From positions 62,001-126,000 of the forward strand of contig FLMG01000265.1 in the NCBI GenBank assembly GCA_900088475.1: DNA of 64,000 nucleotides. The letters run 5' to 3'. The translations under genes and the position numbers were made by a program. Numbering within the stretch: the first letter of the stretch is position 1; every line of letters starts with the position of its first letter. Shown here piece by piece: positions 25,301 through 38,340 of the stretch. The notes under the pieces are model-generated. The model ran no database searches. It saw nothing but the letters and a program-made list of their open reading frames with translations, and had not been told where the DNA came from. The DNA comes from Hyphochytrium catenoides (lineage: Eukaryota > Protista > Hyphochytriomycota).

Positions 25301-28300
25301 AGGCTCAGCTGGTACGAAGTCTTTTGAGGGCAGCTCCGCTGGTCCCTGGATTACAGCAGTAGGCTGGACGGACTGAGTGACAGGAATGACGTGATCAACA
25401 ACCTCGGCTGAGAGAGGGGTAGGCTCTGATGGATCCAATACTACGTGGGCATCCTCCGAGAGGCCCTCGGATGGTATGAAGCCTGACTCCGTCAGAAGAG
25501 AGGTAGGTGGAGCAAGGCCGATTGTCGGACTGACAGGCTCAGCAGATCGAGGATCGGTCCCGGCTGGTACGATACGAGGCTCCGTTGGTGATACCGGCTC
25601 TGTTGCAGGCGCTGTGTGCTCGCATGACTTAGGGGTTGGATCAGTTACCATCAGAGGTCGGGCTTCTGAGTTCATGACAGGTTCGACTGCTACGGGAGGG
25701 GACTCCGCTGCTAATGTATTGGGTTCGGATGCCTGAGAAAAGGGTTCGGCTGATTCGTTTCTGGCCTCTACAGACTCGAGCGCAGATTCATCCGTATGGG
25801 CTATGAGTTCTACAGGTTGAGCGGCAGTGTCAGATGGCAAAATTACTGACCCAGTTGGACATGAACCACCCTCTGAAGATATCACTGCAGGTTGGTCTGC
25901 AGCACTTTCGGGTGCAATCGAAGGAGCGGCAGCTACGTCCAAAGCAACTTCAGTTGCGGTTGATATGGCTGTAGCAGGCGCAGCTGGTAGTGAGTCTATT
26001 GATGCCGGTTCACCGTGCTCAAGGGCTAGTGCAACAGGCGGCACTGAGTTGGTAGCAGAGCTAGCCTGGGTATCCTGGTCTGTTGGCTGAGGATCAGCCT
26101 CTGATAGATCCACTGCTGCATAGGATTGATCGGAGCGACTTTCGGATGGTACAAAGCCAGGCTCCGGTAAGACAGAGGTAGGCGGGGCAGTGTCGGTCGG
26201 CGGACTGACAGGCTCAGGAGGCCGAGGATCGGCCTGGGGTTCGATGCTAGGCTTGATACTAGGCTTTGTCGATGATATTGGCTCCGATGTAAACCCAGTG
26301 CCCTCGAGTGGCTTATGAGCTGTGTCGGAGGCTGACTGAGTAATAACTTCATAGGTGACCAAACCAGGCTCGAGCGCTTGGGTTTCGGCGGCACGTTGCA
26401 ACACAGGCTCCGAAGCTTGAGGGGCAATGTCAGACGGTAAAGTATTTAGCTCAACCGGATCTAAAACAGGTTCTGATGCTTTCAAAGCAGGTTTGGCAGG
26501 ACAATCTACAGTCTCCAATGCCTCAAGCACAGAAGCAGTAGATTGTGAGTTATACCTAGATGCGTCCAGATCAAGCTTGGCGGCTGCATGGGCTAATCCT
26601 TCGAAGGCTACTGAAGTCGATTCAGACGGGCTCGGGGCACTTACAGCAGGCTCTACGCATCGCGTAATCAAGCCAGACTCGATTGTTAGCTCCGTTGGCT
26701 GAGGACTGGGCTCTGAGAATCTCGGTGCACTGTCGGAAGGGACAGAGCCAAGTCCTGACATCACCAGGCTTGACTCCGCCTGATTAGACTCTGGCTGGGT
26801 AAGTTCACAATCTTGAGTGACAGGCTTAGCAGGCTTGAAGTCAGCTTCAGATTTTACGATAACCACCTCAGTCCCTAGTGTAGCACACTCTGCTGTTGGT
26901 GAAGTGGGCTCCGCTGGCTGAGGGGGGCTTTCGGATCTATCCAAGGCAGAATCAGCTGCCTGAATGATAGGTTCGGGTGTGGCAAGAACCGGCTGTACTG
27001 ACTGTGCACTCGACTCGAAGGTCTCGTCAGCATTCTCGGCTGACCCATGCGTGGCCTCCAACAATATGGTTAACGAATTGATGGGACCAGTGGTAGGCTC
27101 CGCATAGTGAGAAACAGCCGCGGTTGGGTTGAGAACGGGTTCAGCTGTATGCGAGACAGTCTCTGCTACAACCGGGATATTTGGATCCAGGTTGGATACA
27201 GCGAGAGCAAACTTAGCTGGGGAGGAGCTAGGGTCAACTGCTTCACGAAGGGCCTGTATAGGGTCAGCGTTTTCGGAGACTGCTCCACTTGCTTCGAAGG
27301 CTAAGGGGTTAGGATTTACTGGCTGGCTTATTGGCTCTGCAGTCCGGGGAGCTGGCTCGGCTTCGGGAAGATCAGGTAGAAGTGCATCTTTGTGTCCCTC
27401 AACTGACACTGGAATGGCTTTTGATACCAGGCTAAAGGGCTCGACCACCGGATAATGAGGTCCAGCAGCTTCTGGGGCAGACTGCGTGGTCTTTGTGAGA
27501 TACCCAGACTCCAGAAAAGACTGGCAAGTAGGCTTTGTCAGATTGAGACTGACTGCTTGAGATGTAGGTTGCGCTGCTTCTGGGGAAGCTTCAGCTGAGT
27601 GTTGATTAGGCTCGGAAGGTTGAGTAACAGACCCAGCTGGCTGCTGGTCAGTTTCCGTAGATTGAATAGCAGGCTCGGCTATTGGACTTTCCGGTGTGGA
27701 CATTCTTGGCGTACCGTCGATGCCTTCAAGAACCTCGGTCTGGTGGAAAGTAGCCTTTGATTCCAGAACACGTTCCGTTGGCTGAGAAACGGCATCGCAT
27801 GCGATTGGATTTGTCTTATCTGTCTGTAGAGTAGGTCCTGAAGCGGTAGTCTCTAGGTCAGTTGATTGAGTGTTTGCCTCTGGTGCCTTAATAATTAATG
27901 CTTCATTGAGATGATTTGCTTCAGGTGCCGGAGCAGTGGACGGAATGATCTGAGGGTTCGTATCTAATGCTGGGGCAGCAGACTCAGGCAGCTGAAGATT
28001 GGAACCTGATGCCGAGACATCTGGCGCAGCAGACTGGGAGGAAGAACTAACCTCTGGCTTTGACTCTGATTGTGCCAAAGCAGCGTCAATAAAGCGAGGA
28101 GTAGATTCAACCGCCAGAATAGCAGGATCTGCTGGCTGTTTATCACGTTCAGACGCCGCAGGAGCATTTTCGCTCCGTTGAGGGAACGCCTCGTCTGTCT
28201 GGATAACCAGCTTTGCGGACTGCTTAACTGAAGCAGTTGACTGACTCTCGGCTTCTGCATGACTTCGAAAAACTTCCTGGGATCTGAGCGTACTTTCGGA

Positions 28301-29152
28301 TGATTCCGTACCGAGCTCGACTGGTTGAGAATGAGGTAACAGATTAAGACCAGCGTCAGTAGACTGAGGTGTATGCCCTGATGCCATAGCGTCCTGTACT
28401 TGAGGATCGGCCTCAACTACACCGATAGCGCACTTGGGAAGCAAATTTGTTGAGTCGGCGGCGGCCACCTCAGGAATGACCATATCAGGCAAAGCATGGG
28501 ATTTTGCGGTGAAAGGCTCTCCTGACTGGCCAGGTGGCGGTGGCACCGAAGTCTGCTCGGATGTCGGGCAAATTGACTGAACAGAACCCACTGCCTGAAG
28601 ATGACCAAGATTAGCTGCTTGACTATTATGGTGTCTATCCAACAGTGCGAGGCTATGTTCATCCGTTGGCTGTGGATCCTCTGGCCTAGAAGAAGGGTCC
28701 ATGGAGTTGCAGCTGTCGCTTGCATTGGAAGTGCTCTCAAGCAACTGATTAGCCGAATCCAGGTGGGTTCGTTCGGCGATTCTTAGCAGCTCCACCGGAT
28801 CGCTGCTCCTACCATCACTGGTCTCATCAATTCTATGGATAGGGGTATCCTTTTCGCCGAACGTCTTGCCAGGGAGGTGTTCTGCCAGGATGGCCGTAGC
28901 TACGCTTTGTGGTATAACCTCGCTATAAGCTCTCTTCTGACTGATGACGCGATCAATTGACTGTCCTATCTCCAATTGGACGGCGTCAACGGAGAGCCGC
29001 CTCACGACGCCGGGATAAGGTGACCCGACTTTACTGCCATGAGTTGGTGGCTCAGTTATTTTGCCGAGAGATGATTCTTCGTGAGCCTCTGAAGAATCAG
29101 CTTTCTTTTTATGAGCAACCGAACTCATACCGTTCAGACTCTCCGCAGACAT
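13350..29152 (-). CDS. Giant protein (~4,300 aa, estimate): acidic P/S/A/E repeat region, long coiled coil, degenerate EF-hand pair
   Basis: Uninterrupted 8,028-nt exon (29152-21125, donor AAG|GTAATT), then more than 20 small exons of E/K/Q/A/L-rich heptad sequence with GT-AG boundaries down to TGA at 13350. A short upstream exon (MLLITGQPN, intron about 29210-29154) may extend the start. Confidence 0.75.
22400..26800 (-). repeat. Intragenic array of about 6 degenerate 612-702 nt repeats (204-234 aa)
   Basis: Anchor G[FL][VI]PS[ED] at about 26158, 25483, 24781, 24169, 23473 and 22789; spacings 675/702/612/696/684 nt, all multiples of 3. Confidence 0.92.
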
Positions 29153-31321
29153 GCTAGGATGCGGTTGCCAGGTAGGGCTACTTAACCGCCGGGAGGCAAT
29201 CTCGACCTACTTGGGTTGACCTGTTATCAAAAGCATCTTTGTACTTGAATCATGGAGCTCGTCTAGTAAGGGCGAGTAAATACAGACCAGGTAATAGGCG
29301 ATGCCTGTTCGTCGCGGCCGACAGTCTGGGCGCCAGAGATCGAGCTCTATTAGTGATCCTAGGATACGTGGGAAAGGCTCACAGACTGCAACCACCTTGG
29401 GAAACTCTCTGGGCCAAACCTTGCTTGTCCTGCAGCAGTTTGTGGACTGTTGGTCATTAGGTTCCTATAGCGCTATTAGCGCTTGCCAGACCCACGTGGC
29501 CCTTTGATCTCATGGTCCTATGTTATTTCCACCAGCTCTCAAGACAGATACCACCGCGCAAGCTGTACGACGAAGAGCCACGCAGAAAGATCGAGCTCAG
29601 ACCCAAACGTGTATCTACTCCCCCTTCCTCTGGCTTTCGATGTATACCTTACGAGGGAGATATCTTGCTCTCAGGCCAGAACGGCCCTTACTCCTGTGGC
29701 GAGTAACAAAACACTAGGAGAAAGAAAGAGTTGGAGGTAGAATGTAACTCCCGGACACTGCGGGGTGGGGCCGGAGAGTAAAATGACGGCATAACAAGGC
29801 AGCGGTTGATTACACTTCAGGTCTAACAATTCCAGCTGAACGGACGTGACGGCCCTACGCAGAGTGTCCAACGCGAAGTTTGATAGAAGTACATTTGACA
29901 CACCTTTTGGAAGAAGGTCATTGTTGAGGTTTTATAACAGAAGCAGCGAGGATGACACAACGAGAAACAGAGCTGTGCCGTTACTACTTCACTTCACCTT
30001 TGGCTTTACTAGGAGTCGCAGCGCTCTTGGTCTCAAGGGTAAATAATACGCTGGAGACCTAGGAGAAGGCAGCAAGAGGATTATAAGGTGCCGGTAGGGG
30101 CCTGCTTTAACAAAGGTATCCAAGCTCCTTTAACATTTCTTTGCAAAAGCATACATGATCAGCAGCGAAGTGAGCTTTGTCAAAAAAATCTTCCATCAAG
30201 CTAACCTCTTCTGCATCCGACTTCTGTTTCCTCTCAAGGAGGAGAAAGCAGCAGAAAAACTACAACCAATATCAGGAATGGCAGCAGCCCCTAATGCACA
30301 GTACTAATATCCCTCACTTCAAGCAAACCAGCTTCTTCTTGGCAGTAGAAGAGCTAACCTGCGCCTTAGCAAAATGACGTTATTATTCTCCCGCTCCCGC
30401 TAACAGTGGGCACAAGAGTGATGCAGTAGAACTACAGAGGAGTTCAAGTGCCGACAACATTTTCTTTTGCTTTCGCTGGCGGTATACTCTGCCGCTATTC
30501 GCTGAAGCTTCCCAACCACTACCGGGAGTCACATAGTATAGCTATGGCGCACCCTTGAATCTAATCAACATAGGCAAAAGCGCTAAGTATGAACAGTGCT
30601 AACTACGCAAAGACTCTGCTTGAGCTGGAGAAGGATATGCTGCGCAGAGAGGAAGGCACAACTCACGACAAACAGAACCAAGTGCCTCCTCCTCTCAGGC
30701 CATGGTTGAAGCTGACCGTGGGGTGGGGCTTGTTTAACGTTGGATCAACTCTCCCTAACCTAGTGTTTTCAGAGTTATTGCTGTTGATACTAGTTTTGAC
30801 CGACAAATCTCTGTAGCGAGGTTGCCGAGCTGCCATTACTTTTAGTAGTATATGTTATAAACACAATTCGAGGCTACAAGGGGTTTTGAGGCATGGCTGC
30901 CGCCAGACCAGGCCATAGCGGCATACAAACACATCTACCAGTCCTGTTCAGCCAGCCATCTCAGACAAATGGCGCCGCTATGGTTCTGGCCACGCAAGCT
31001 CCACCAGTTACCTAGAGCGTCACGAGGAGGTGCATCAAAATTCATTCAGTCTACGTAACGGATATTGTGGGAATTAGGAATTACGAGGGGCTAGTTACTA
31101 GAGCTTCTGCTCCTGCGCTCTACCCTGTTTTCCCTTGCCGCCCTTCGCTCTTCAGCCATCCAAAGCCTCAATCTGGCTCGTCCCATAGAGTAACTAAGAG
31201 TCTGAAGCGGCATAAAGTATGCTTCCATGTCCTCTCTAGTTCGTCTAGCCTCTCCGCTGCAGCTCAAAAGGTTGGCAAATTCCCTCATAAGAAGCTCACG
31301 ATTGCCGCCTGTCCGCTCAAG

Positions 31322-33490
31322 ATGGCTACATTGCGGCCCTCGGGCGCAGTCATCGAGCTTACTATTCCTGCTGAGCATACAACAGAACCTAATGGCCTAG
31401 ACCTTCCGGAGAAGGCTCAGCTACCGAGAGACAGCCACGGGAACCGACCTGAGGGCCACAGCTCCTGGTAATGACCCGTTCATCCACTGGCCGGCATATC
31501 GTCTCGAGAATTCTGTAACTAGATTCTGACAGCTGCTGACTCCTTAATGCCCAGGACACATTTTCGGGGTCATCTTTGCTGTGGACTTACCTCCGGAGGG
31601 GGGGCAAAAGTCTTCTATGTTACACTTCTCTTTTGCCACGTAGTCATCACAGCGATGCTTCAGGGCTTCATAGTCGATGGTAACGGTTGACAAACATCAC
31701 GCTGCACTGTGTATCCTCATTCTGACCTTTCCCTAGAAACCCTTATCCAATATAGGCTATGGAGGTGTCAGTCTGCCACCAACTCAATCGCTTGCGTCCA
31801 GAATCAGATAGCTTACCGGTATCTTGTCTCCCTCAGCCCCATCACTCCACCCTACTAATTACCAGAATGGCCTAGGTCGAGCCTTGTACTTGTACTGTTC
31901 TTTGGTGGCAATGGAGCGTGGGCTTTTTGGGCGCCGGTAAGTATTAGCCTAGACTGTCTATGTTAAGCAACTAACAGTTTATTGAGTGGATAGGAAACCC
32001 ACAGAAGTCATTACCCGCTAAAAAGTCTATGCTATGTATCCCTCGTTGTATCAGTTATTTTCACACCAGGAGGTAGGACCGCTTCAACTGCGTCTCAAGT
32101 TCGCGCTTTCATGCAACTTCTTTCTTCCAGCTGTCTTTGATGTCTACATGCAGGTGGCTCGAATTTTCGCGGCGGTTTTTATAGTGATCCAGTTGATCAT
32201 TATGATCGACTTTTGCTGTAAGCCAGTCACTCTGCTTCGACTCTTATATGGAGGACCTTTCATAGTCATGCATTTATGCAGATGATCTTAGCGAGTTTCT
32301 TCTTCTGAAGATAGACAAGGAGAAGAGCCAATCATTACTCTGGTGGGTTCAATCTTCCTTTCAATTAAGAGACCAATCGAGTTTTCTCTAACTAAATCAA
32401 CGCCAGGAAGGTGATATTTCTAAGTATCGCGTCAGGATCTCTCATCTTGGCAATATCCGGTTGCGCTGCAATGGTACGAACATCTCAAGAATTTTCCACA
32501 TAAACTTGGCTAAGTGTACTCTTTTTAGCTCGTAGCTTACACCGACTGCAGCTCCAATCAGGCTTTTGTCGCTGTTACTCTGTGTGCCGGCCCTCTGCTC
32601 TGCATTCTTTCAGGTTTGAGTTGGGCATGAAAGAGATGAATGAGGGTCTTCTAATGCTGGCTTTGCCCCCCACGACAGTCTTAGACAAGATAGGGACGGG
32701 CATCCTTACGCCGTCTGTGATGTTCAGGTGAGAATGCCTGGTGCGTGATGCGCCAAAGATGAATTCACACTCACGCCCGCGAAGCTACTGCGTCTATCAG
32801 TGTTGGTCTGCCACAAGCCGAAATCCGGATTGTCCGCTTTTCAAAACCAACAAGGATATAGCATCCACTGTGATTGGGCTATTCATCGCTAGTGCTTCTA
32901 TCACTTGGGCAAGGTGAAAGCCACTTGACAATCCGCGGGGTATAGTACCTCTCAAAAAAAGCATTCTCATTGTTCCTTATGCCCAGCTGGAGAACAGGAA
33001 ATTCAACAAGTGACTGGGCAAGAGCAAACGCGAAGGTATAATAAAGCTATTCTCCTTAGATGATTAAGAGATGTCTTAAACTCTGTCTATAGCAACGACA
33101 AGGTCCAAGCAAGAGCGACGAAGATGCGGGGACTAGTTCTAAGCGTGCTACCTACCTCAAAGTCTACTGGGTATTCCATCTCGTGATGGCGTAAGACCCA
33201 TTTTCATTTTCCTTCAATTTCTAGCCCATTAACTCAGTCCTTAGGTTCGGAGGAGCTTATGCTGGTATGGTTCTCACTGCTTGGGGCGATCCTCGGGGGT
33301 ATGGAACTATTTGAATCGTCTGGGATGAAGGTCGTTCTAATACCTTTGTGTCAGGAGCTTCAGCGACGATGCTAATGGCTTGGTCAGTATGTGGGTCCAG
33401 ATAGGAACGCAATGGAGCTGTATGTTACTCTATCTATGGACCATGATTGCGCCCGTCATATTTCCAGATAGAGACTTCAGTGACTACTAA
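31322..33490 (+). CDS. SERINC: Serine incorporator (Serinc/TMS1 family) multi-pass membrane protein, about 14 exons
   Basis: Spliced motifs AYRSSLVLVLFF, VARIFAAVFIVIQLIIMIDF, GILTPSVMFSYCVYQCWSA..NPDC, WVFHLVMA-FGGAYAGMVLTAWG, SMWVQIGTQWSCMLLYLWTMIAPVIFPDRDF. Confidence 0.93.
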
Positions 33491-34479
33491 AGCGATAGTG
33501 TATTGTCCCTACCGTCAAGCACCTTCCACTAGCATACGTGACCCCTAAGAAACCCCCTCAAACTTCGATGCTCTCCAGCACATCAGACAGCACGTTGAAA
33601 ACATAGCCAGTGGTAATAAGGTGGTGCCCCCACTGATGCTCCCCCACCATTGTGATAGCCCTGGTTCGACCACCAGATGCTCAACCCCAGTCAGGGCTTT
33701 GGACCGAGCTAACCTTGAAATCTGGAGCGAGCTAACTCCTTGCTTTAGATTCACCAAGAGGTCGAAGGCAAATCAATCGGATGGAATAATGTGGATTAGT
33801 AAATGCCGTAGCCTCCTCGGAAAAGTATCATAGGTGGCAGTGTGGGAAGTACACATGATGGCAATGGTAGAACATTGGTGCAATGCAGGAGTCGCACTGG
33901 CGTTAATGGACTTTTGTTAGTCTACTGCTTTCTGCGTCATCCTTGAGCAGCGCTTCTAGCATCCTCTTGACGAGATTGAGAAGGGTAACAGCTCTCATTA
34001 GCCATAGTAACGGCGCTCAGGCTGTTGTGGAAAGATTTAGGTGCTGGTAAACCCTGCAGACAGCAGGTTTTCGCTTGAAGCTGGCGGTGCTATGACGGTG
34101 TCGCGGATGCTTCTTGAGCTCAAAAGGATCCGCGTTCTGAACAAGGCCAGTGAGTGTGCATGGTACTTCCATGACGACAGCTATGTGCGCCGCGAGCTGT
34201 CTCCTGAACGTTCCACGCTGCTCCTCTTTCCCCGGAAACCACCACTGGCGGTTTATGGAGTTCAGATTGCCTTCGCTGAGATGCATAGGGTTAATACTCT
34301 CACGTGTTTAAAGACTGTGCCTTTCTATACCTAGGCTCTGGAGTAGGGGTACCAGGTCTTCCGACAGAGCTTCTCGGAAGGGGAATATCTGTCAACTCCT
34401 CCATCAGTCGATGTTGCAATCGCCTTTCTGTGACACGGGTCCGCTAACTACCTCTAAGTATCATTTACGCGCTGCTTTA

Positions 34480-34547
34480 ACCTCACACTGACCTTCGTAT
34501 GGCGGTACATTTTTTACCTCACAATGACCTTCATATGGCGGTACATT
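34480..34547 (+). repeat. Tandem duplication, 32 bp, period 36, 2 mismatches
   Basis: acctcaca[c/a]tgaccttc[g/a]tatggcggtacatt at 34480 and 34516. Confidence 0.88.
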
Positions 34548-35086
34548 CCACTGGAGTTGTCAATGATAATTGCTGCTGCTCATCTTTGACGAGCCAGGAT
34601 GAGAGTCGAAAGCCGTTCGGCTAAGATGATGTTGTCTGGGCTATGTCTTTGACTCTTCATCAGCAACAATGAAATGTTGTCTTTGGCAGTGGCCTTGGAG
34701 CTTTGGGCTTGCAGATGACGCATGATACACCTGAAAAGTCAAAGAGCCGCAGTTCGAATCTGGCAGATTGTGTGTATCCCTTGCAGAAGACAGGTGGTTA
34801 CAGCACTAGCGGGTAACGGCTAGACAAATTAAAACGGTACTGGAAGTTGTTCATGAGTCAGCGCCTTGGTTCCTCTTGTCCGTCCGAGTTCATTGAGTTC
34901 CTTAAAGGTCTCACTGCATTGCGCCAAAGGAAATGGAACTCTCTTCGTCTCAATAGTTCTGAGGCGGATGGCCGTCGTTGGACAAGTAGCTCCATCGAAT
35001 TGGATTCTGATCATTGTGTCCAACATCATGCCCATAATAGCTGAAGTTACCAATGTGATTGCCCTTTTTGTTGAGCTCTGTCAGGC

Positions 35087-36653
35087 ATGGGAGCAGGAGC
35101 CTCCTTTCTTTCCAGCATAGATCCTATAAAGGGGCCTCTGGAAGAGATCAGGACACATATTAAAGTTCGTGAGGCCCTTTATGCTCCACTGCGCCGGATT
35201 CAGAACTGGGTAACCGTATTAGGCACGATGGGCTCCATGCTTTCCCAGCCCCATATGCACTGTTATCTAAACCCTATGATGTAACCTAGATCATGCTCAG
35301 GAGCTTTTTGTTCGGAACAACGGAGCGGCAACCATCAAAATTGTTCTTGACTGCTATCAAGATGATCTTGTGCTAGCATTGGACGCATACGTAATCCTCA
35401 TAGTACCGTTCCTTAACGGTAAGAGATTCTCAAAAACATTTGAACCCTACCAGACAGTCACACAGAGCTTATTGGCTTTCCTTATTGGCTTTCCCTTGGA
35501 CTTGCAGATAGGATCATTGACAGAATTTACAGCTTTGAAGATTATTCGTACTTCAGCAACGTGCCAGTCAAGGTAAAGGAGGACAAGTATATAGCTGGAG
35601 AACTCCAAAGATTTTTCACTAGGATCGAAGGCACGTAGCTGTTACTGGCGTACTCTAGAAGAGTGATCTCTGATTGTAACGCAGAATATGGGAGTGAAAC
35701 GATCGCCGTCAGGATCCCAACTATTTTCGCTCACAGCGGCCTGGAAGGAGTCCTTCGCGTCGCTCGAGATTACTGGAAGATACATCAAGTCCTAGCTTCG
35801 GCATTCGGCGTTATGCTTTGCAACCTGTATGAAGGTGGGTCGTTTTTGTCAAGCATGAAAAGCTGGCTACCCTAGCGGTCCTCAGCATGTGGCATGCCTC
35901 TGGGCATGGATTTTTATGATCACAGGAACCCAAGCGGCAACTTTGGAACAAGATATTCACAATCATGGGGTCATACCGCTCGTGATGAAGGCCATGATGG
36001 AGAACCCAACGAAAAGGCATATCCAGCTCTATGGACTACAGCTGTTATCACACTTCGCAGAGAGATGTGAGACTTCGAAACATGGCCAAGAAGGAGTATG
36101 CTCTTTGCCTCAAGTGCTAACCAGACTATACGCTCTCTCTTGTAGATGAACTTGATAAGGCCGCAATCGCAAACTCCGGAGGTCTTTCTGTTGCTATGCA
36201 GTGCTTGGACAACTTTCAAGACGATACAGAGGTTGTCGGATGCACTGTGTGGCTGGTAACAAAGCTCGCGGAAAGACGTACGTATGTCCAGTAGCTAGCA
36301 TAGAGCCAGGAACAGCCTGTTAACGAGTTCTGTATCCATTTGCAGGAAAGATTGCACGATCTTTGCTAGAGTCAGGTCTTTGGAGAAAGTTAGAAAGATT
36401 GCAAAATACCCCTGGTGTAACGCAACATGCTAAGGCCGAGTGGATACCCTATAGTCTGAAAAGACTCATAGGAAACGCTACCAATGGACATGATTTCGAA
36501 GACTTGAGTTTAGATGACACTGAAGAGATGGAAGAGATTGCTAAAAGAGCGGAGGAAGAGATGGCTGCGGAGGCTGATAGGGTGGGGCTAAAGTGGCATG
36601 CGAGCACCAGCATTGACGTTGCCAACCTAGCGCTTACTGTTAAGAACGAATGA
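35087..36653 (+). CDS. Armadillo/HEAT-repeat protein with N-terminal myristoylation motif, about 7 exons
   Basis: Starts MGAGAS. Spliced ARM-like units ELFVRNNGAATIKIVLDCYQDD, FAHSGLEGVLRVARDY, IHNHGVIPLVMKAMMENPTKRHIQLYGLQLLSHF, IANSGGLSVAMQCLDNFQDDTEVV. Acidic tail. Confidence 0.75.
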
Positions 36654-37049
36654 TAGGAACACCGAGGAAGGATAGAAAGCCCTTGCTCTAGACTACAGAG
36701 TAAACCTGTGTGTTGTATATACCCTAAAAGGCTCTTAGGACCGATCAGTGCAAACTGAACCAATACAGGTGTTAGGGTCGGTCAAGTTTGATAATGTTCA
36801 ATACAGTAGATGAGGAAATAAAAGGAAGGTGCAGAGTCACTCACGGTTAAGGCTAGTGTACGTGGGATCGCGTATAGTAGAGAACGGGTGATTTCTCCAC
36901 TATATGGGCTCTCAGATGCCCGCCCCGGGGCGGGAGTACGGTCCAGAAGGAGAGCTTTAAAGAGTCGTATAGGGGTAGGAGGGTCCTCAGAGACCGGAAC
37001 TGTGGCAACGACTGTCCCTGCTAGTTGGCTATACCGGCTTCAAGCTAAT

Positions 37050-37450
37050 CTCAAAGGTTTTCGGACAGGCCGAGCAATAACGACCCCTGTCACGGCATGA
37101 AACGCTTTTATGGCCACCGCCGGTGCCAAAGCTGACAGCAATACACCAGTATATTTGCGATCGTTTTGTCCAACGACATTTGAGGCTAGGGTCAAGCACG
37201 TTGAGGGATGACAACAAGCGGAGGATTCGCGACCGCTCTTTGAGTCCCGCCTTTGTGCCCCTGCTAGTCCTTACCGGCATGCTACCTAGTCCTTGTGGCA
37301 TGATACTTCGTCGTTGCCGGCATGGTAGAGCTCCTTTCTTCCGCCAGGCGATCTTTGATGCCTGCTTTGATGCCTGGTGGCCCAACTCGTATCCGACCTT
37401 GATAGAGCCCCCCTCAAACCTTTGAGCGTTCCGTTGTTGCATCTTCCTAG
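37050..37450 (-). mobile_element. Possible decayed LTR-retrotransposon gag fragment
   Basis: Frame-broken SIKVGYELG/IKAGIKDRLAEE resembles gypsy gag 'GLK..IKD.LA', followed by C....GGGHKSVSC resembling a decayed CCHC knuckle. No RT, integrase or LTR seen. Confidence 0.25.
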
Positions 37451-38340
37451 TTAACTCCGGACGGATGGATCTCTACCTGTCTTCTGGCGGTACCAACGGA
37501 CAGCCTGTGTCCAGCGGTGGTCGGAGCAATGCTGTCCACATCTATCTACTGATGATGCTTAGCCTCGTTCCCTCCTTCGGTGTCTCCATCGCCGCGGTAC
37601 CCGCCCCCTCTCTTTGTCCCTTTCTCGCCCCCACCAGGATTTTCCGTACTACCGTCGGTCCCTCTTAGCCAGCATTGTGCCTAAAGATCACTAATCACAC
37701 CGCAGCCTCACTTCTCACAACCTCCTCGCTAGGCCTCTTCTTCTTCCCTTGGTGCCTGCCATCTTCACCTACTTATTGAGGCTTGCACGCGAACACTGAA
37801 AGAAGGCAGAGGCAGACTGTCCCCAAGGGGAAAGGAGGCTGAGGATCTAGGATAGTATCTATAGCTGTATCTATGCTTACTTGGTTCCTCTCTTTGAACA
37901 TGCTTTGTGTAGGTACAGGGGTCAACTACCAGAACTACACACCGGCATCGTGCCGACGTGACGGTGGTTGGAATGTAATGACACCATCAAAGGTTAGGGG
38001 TTATGAGGAATGTTTGTCAACATGTTGTGGATAATTGCAGATACCACCGGACGGATTTAGAATAGACATCATGACAAGGCAGAGTGATGCCGTCGACAAG
38101 GAGCTGGCATCAGAGTGCTGGTCAGCATCAGTGGGGAGAAGGAAAAACGGAGCTTCTCTTGAAGCTGTGCCACGTGCAAAGCCGCTAGCAGCCTTTCTGA
38201 AGTTAAACCTCGAACGGCATTTACAGGTGCTCAATCCAACTTTTCTTCCTGAACTCTCATAAGACGGGCTGCTCAGTGTCAGCCGCTAGCTGGGTCACAT
38301 TCCTTCTTCTCATCCTGCAGAAATTGTACCCATTGCCAGC

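Noticed and set aside
29708-30769. Inverted 11-mer aaaacactagg as possible transposon terminal repeats
   Set aside because: The match does not extend, and there is no target-site duplication or transposase.
38105-38115. TGGCATCAGAG resembling a tRNA-Met primer-binding site
   Set aside because: Mismatched, with no adjacent LTR end and no downstream gag on that strand.
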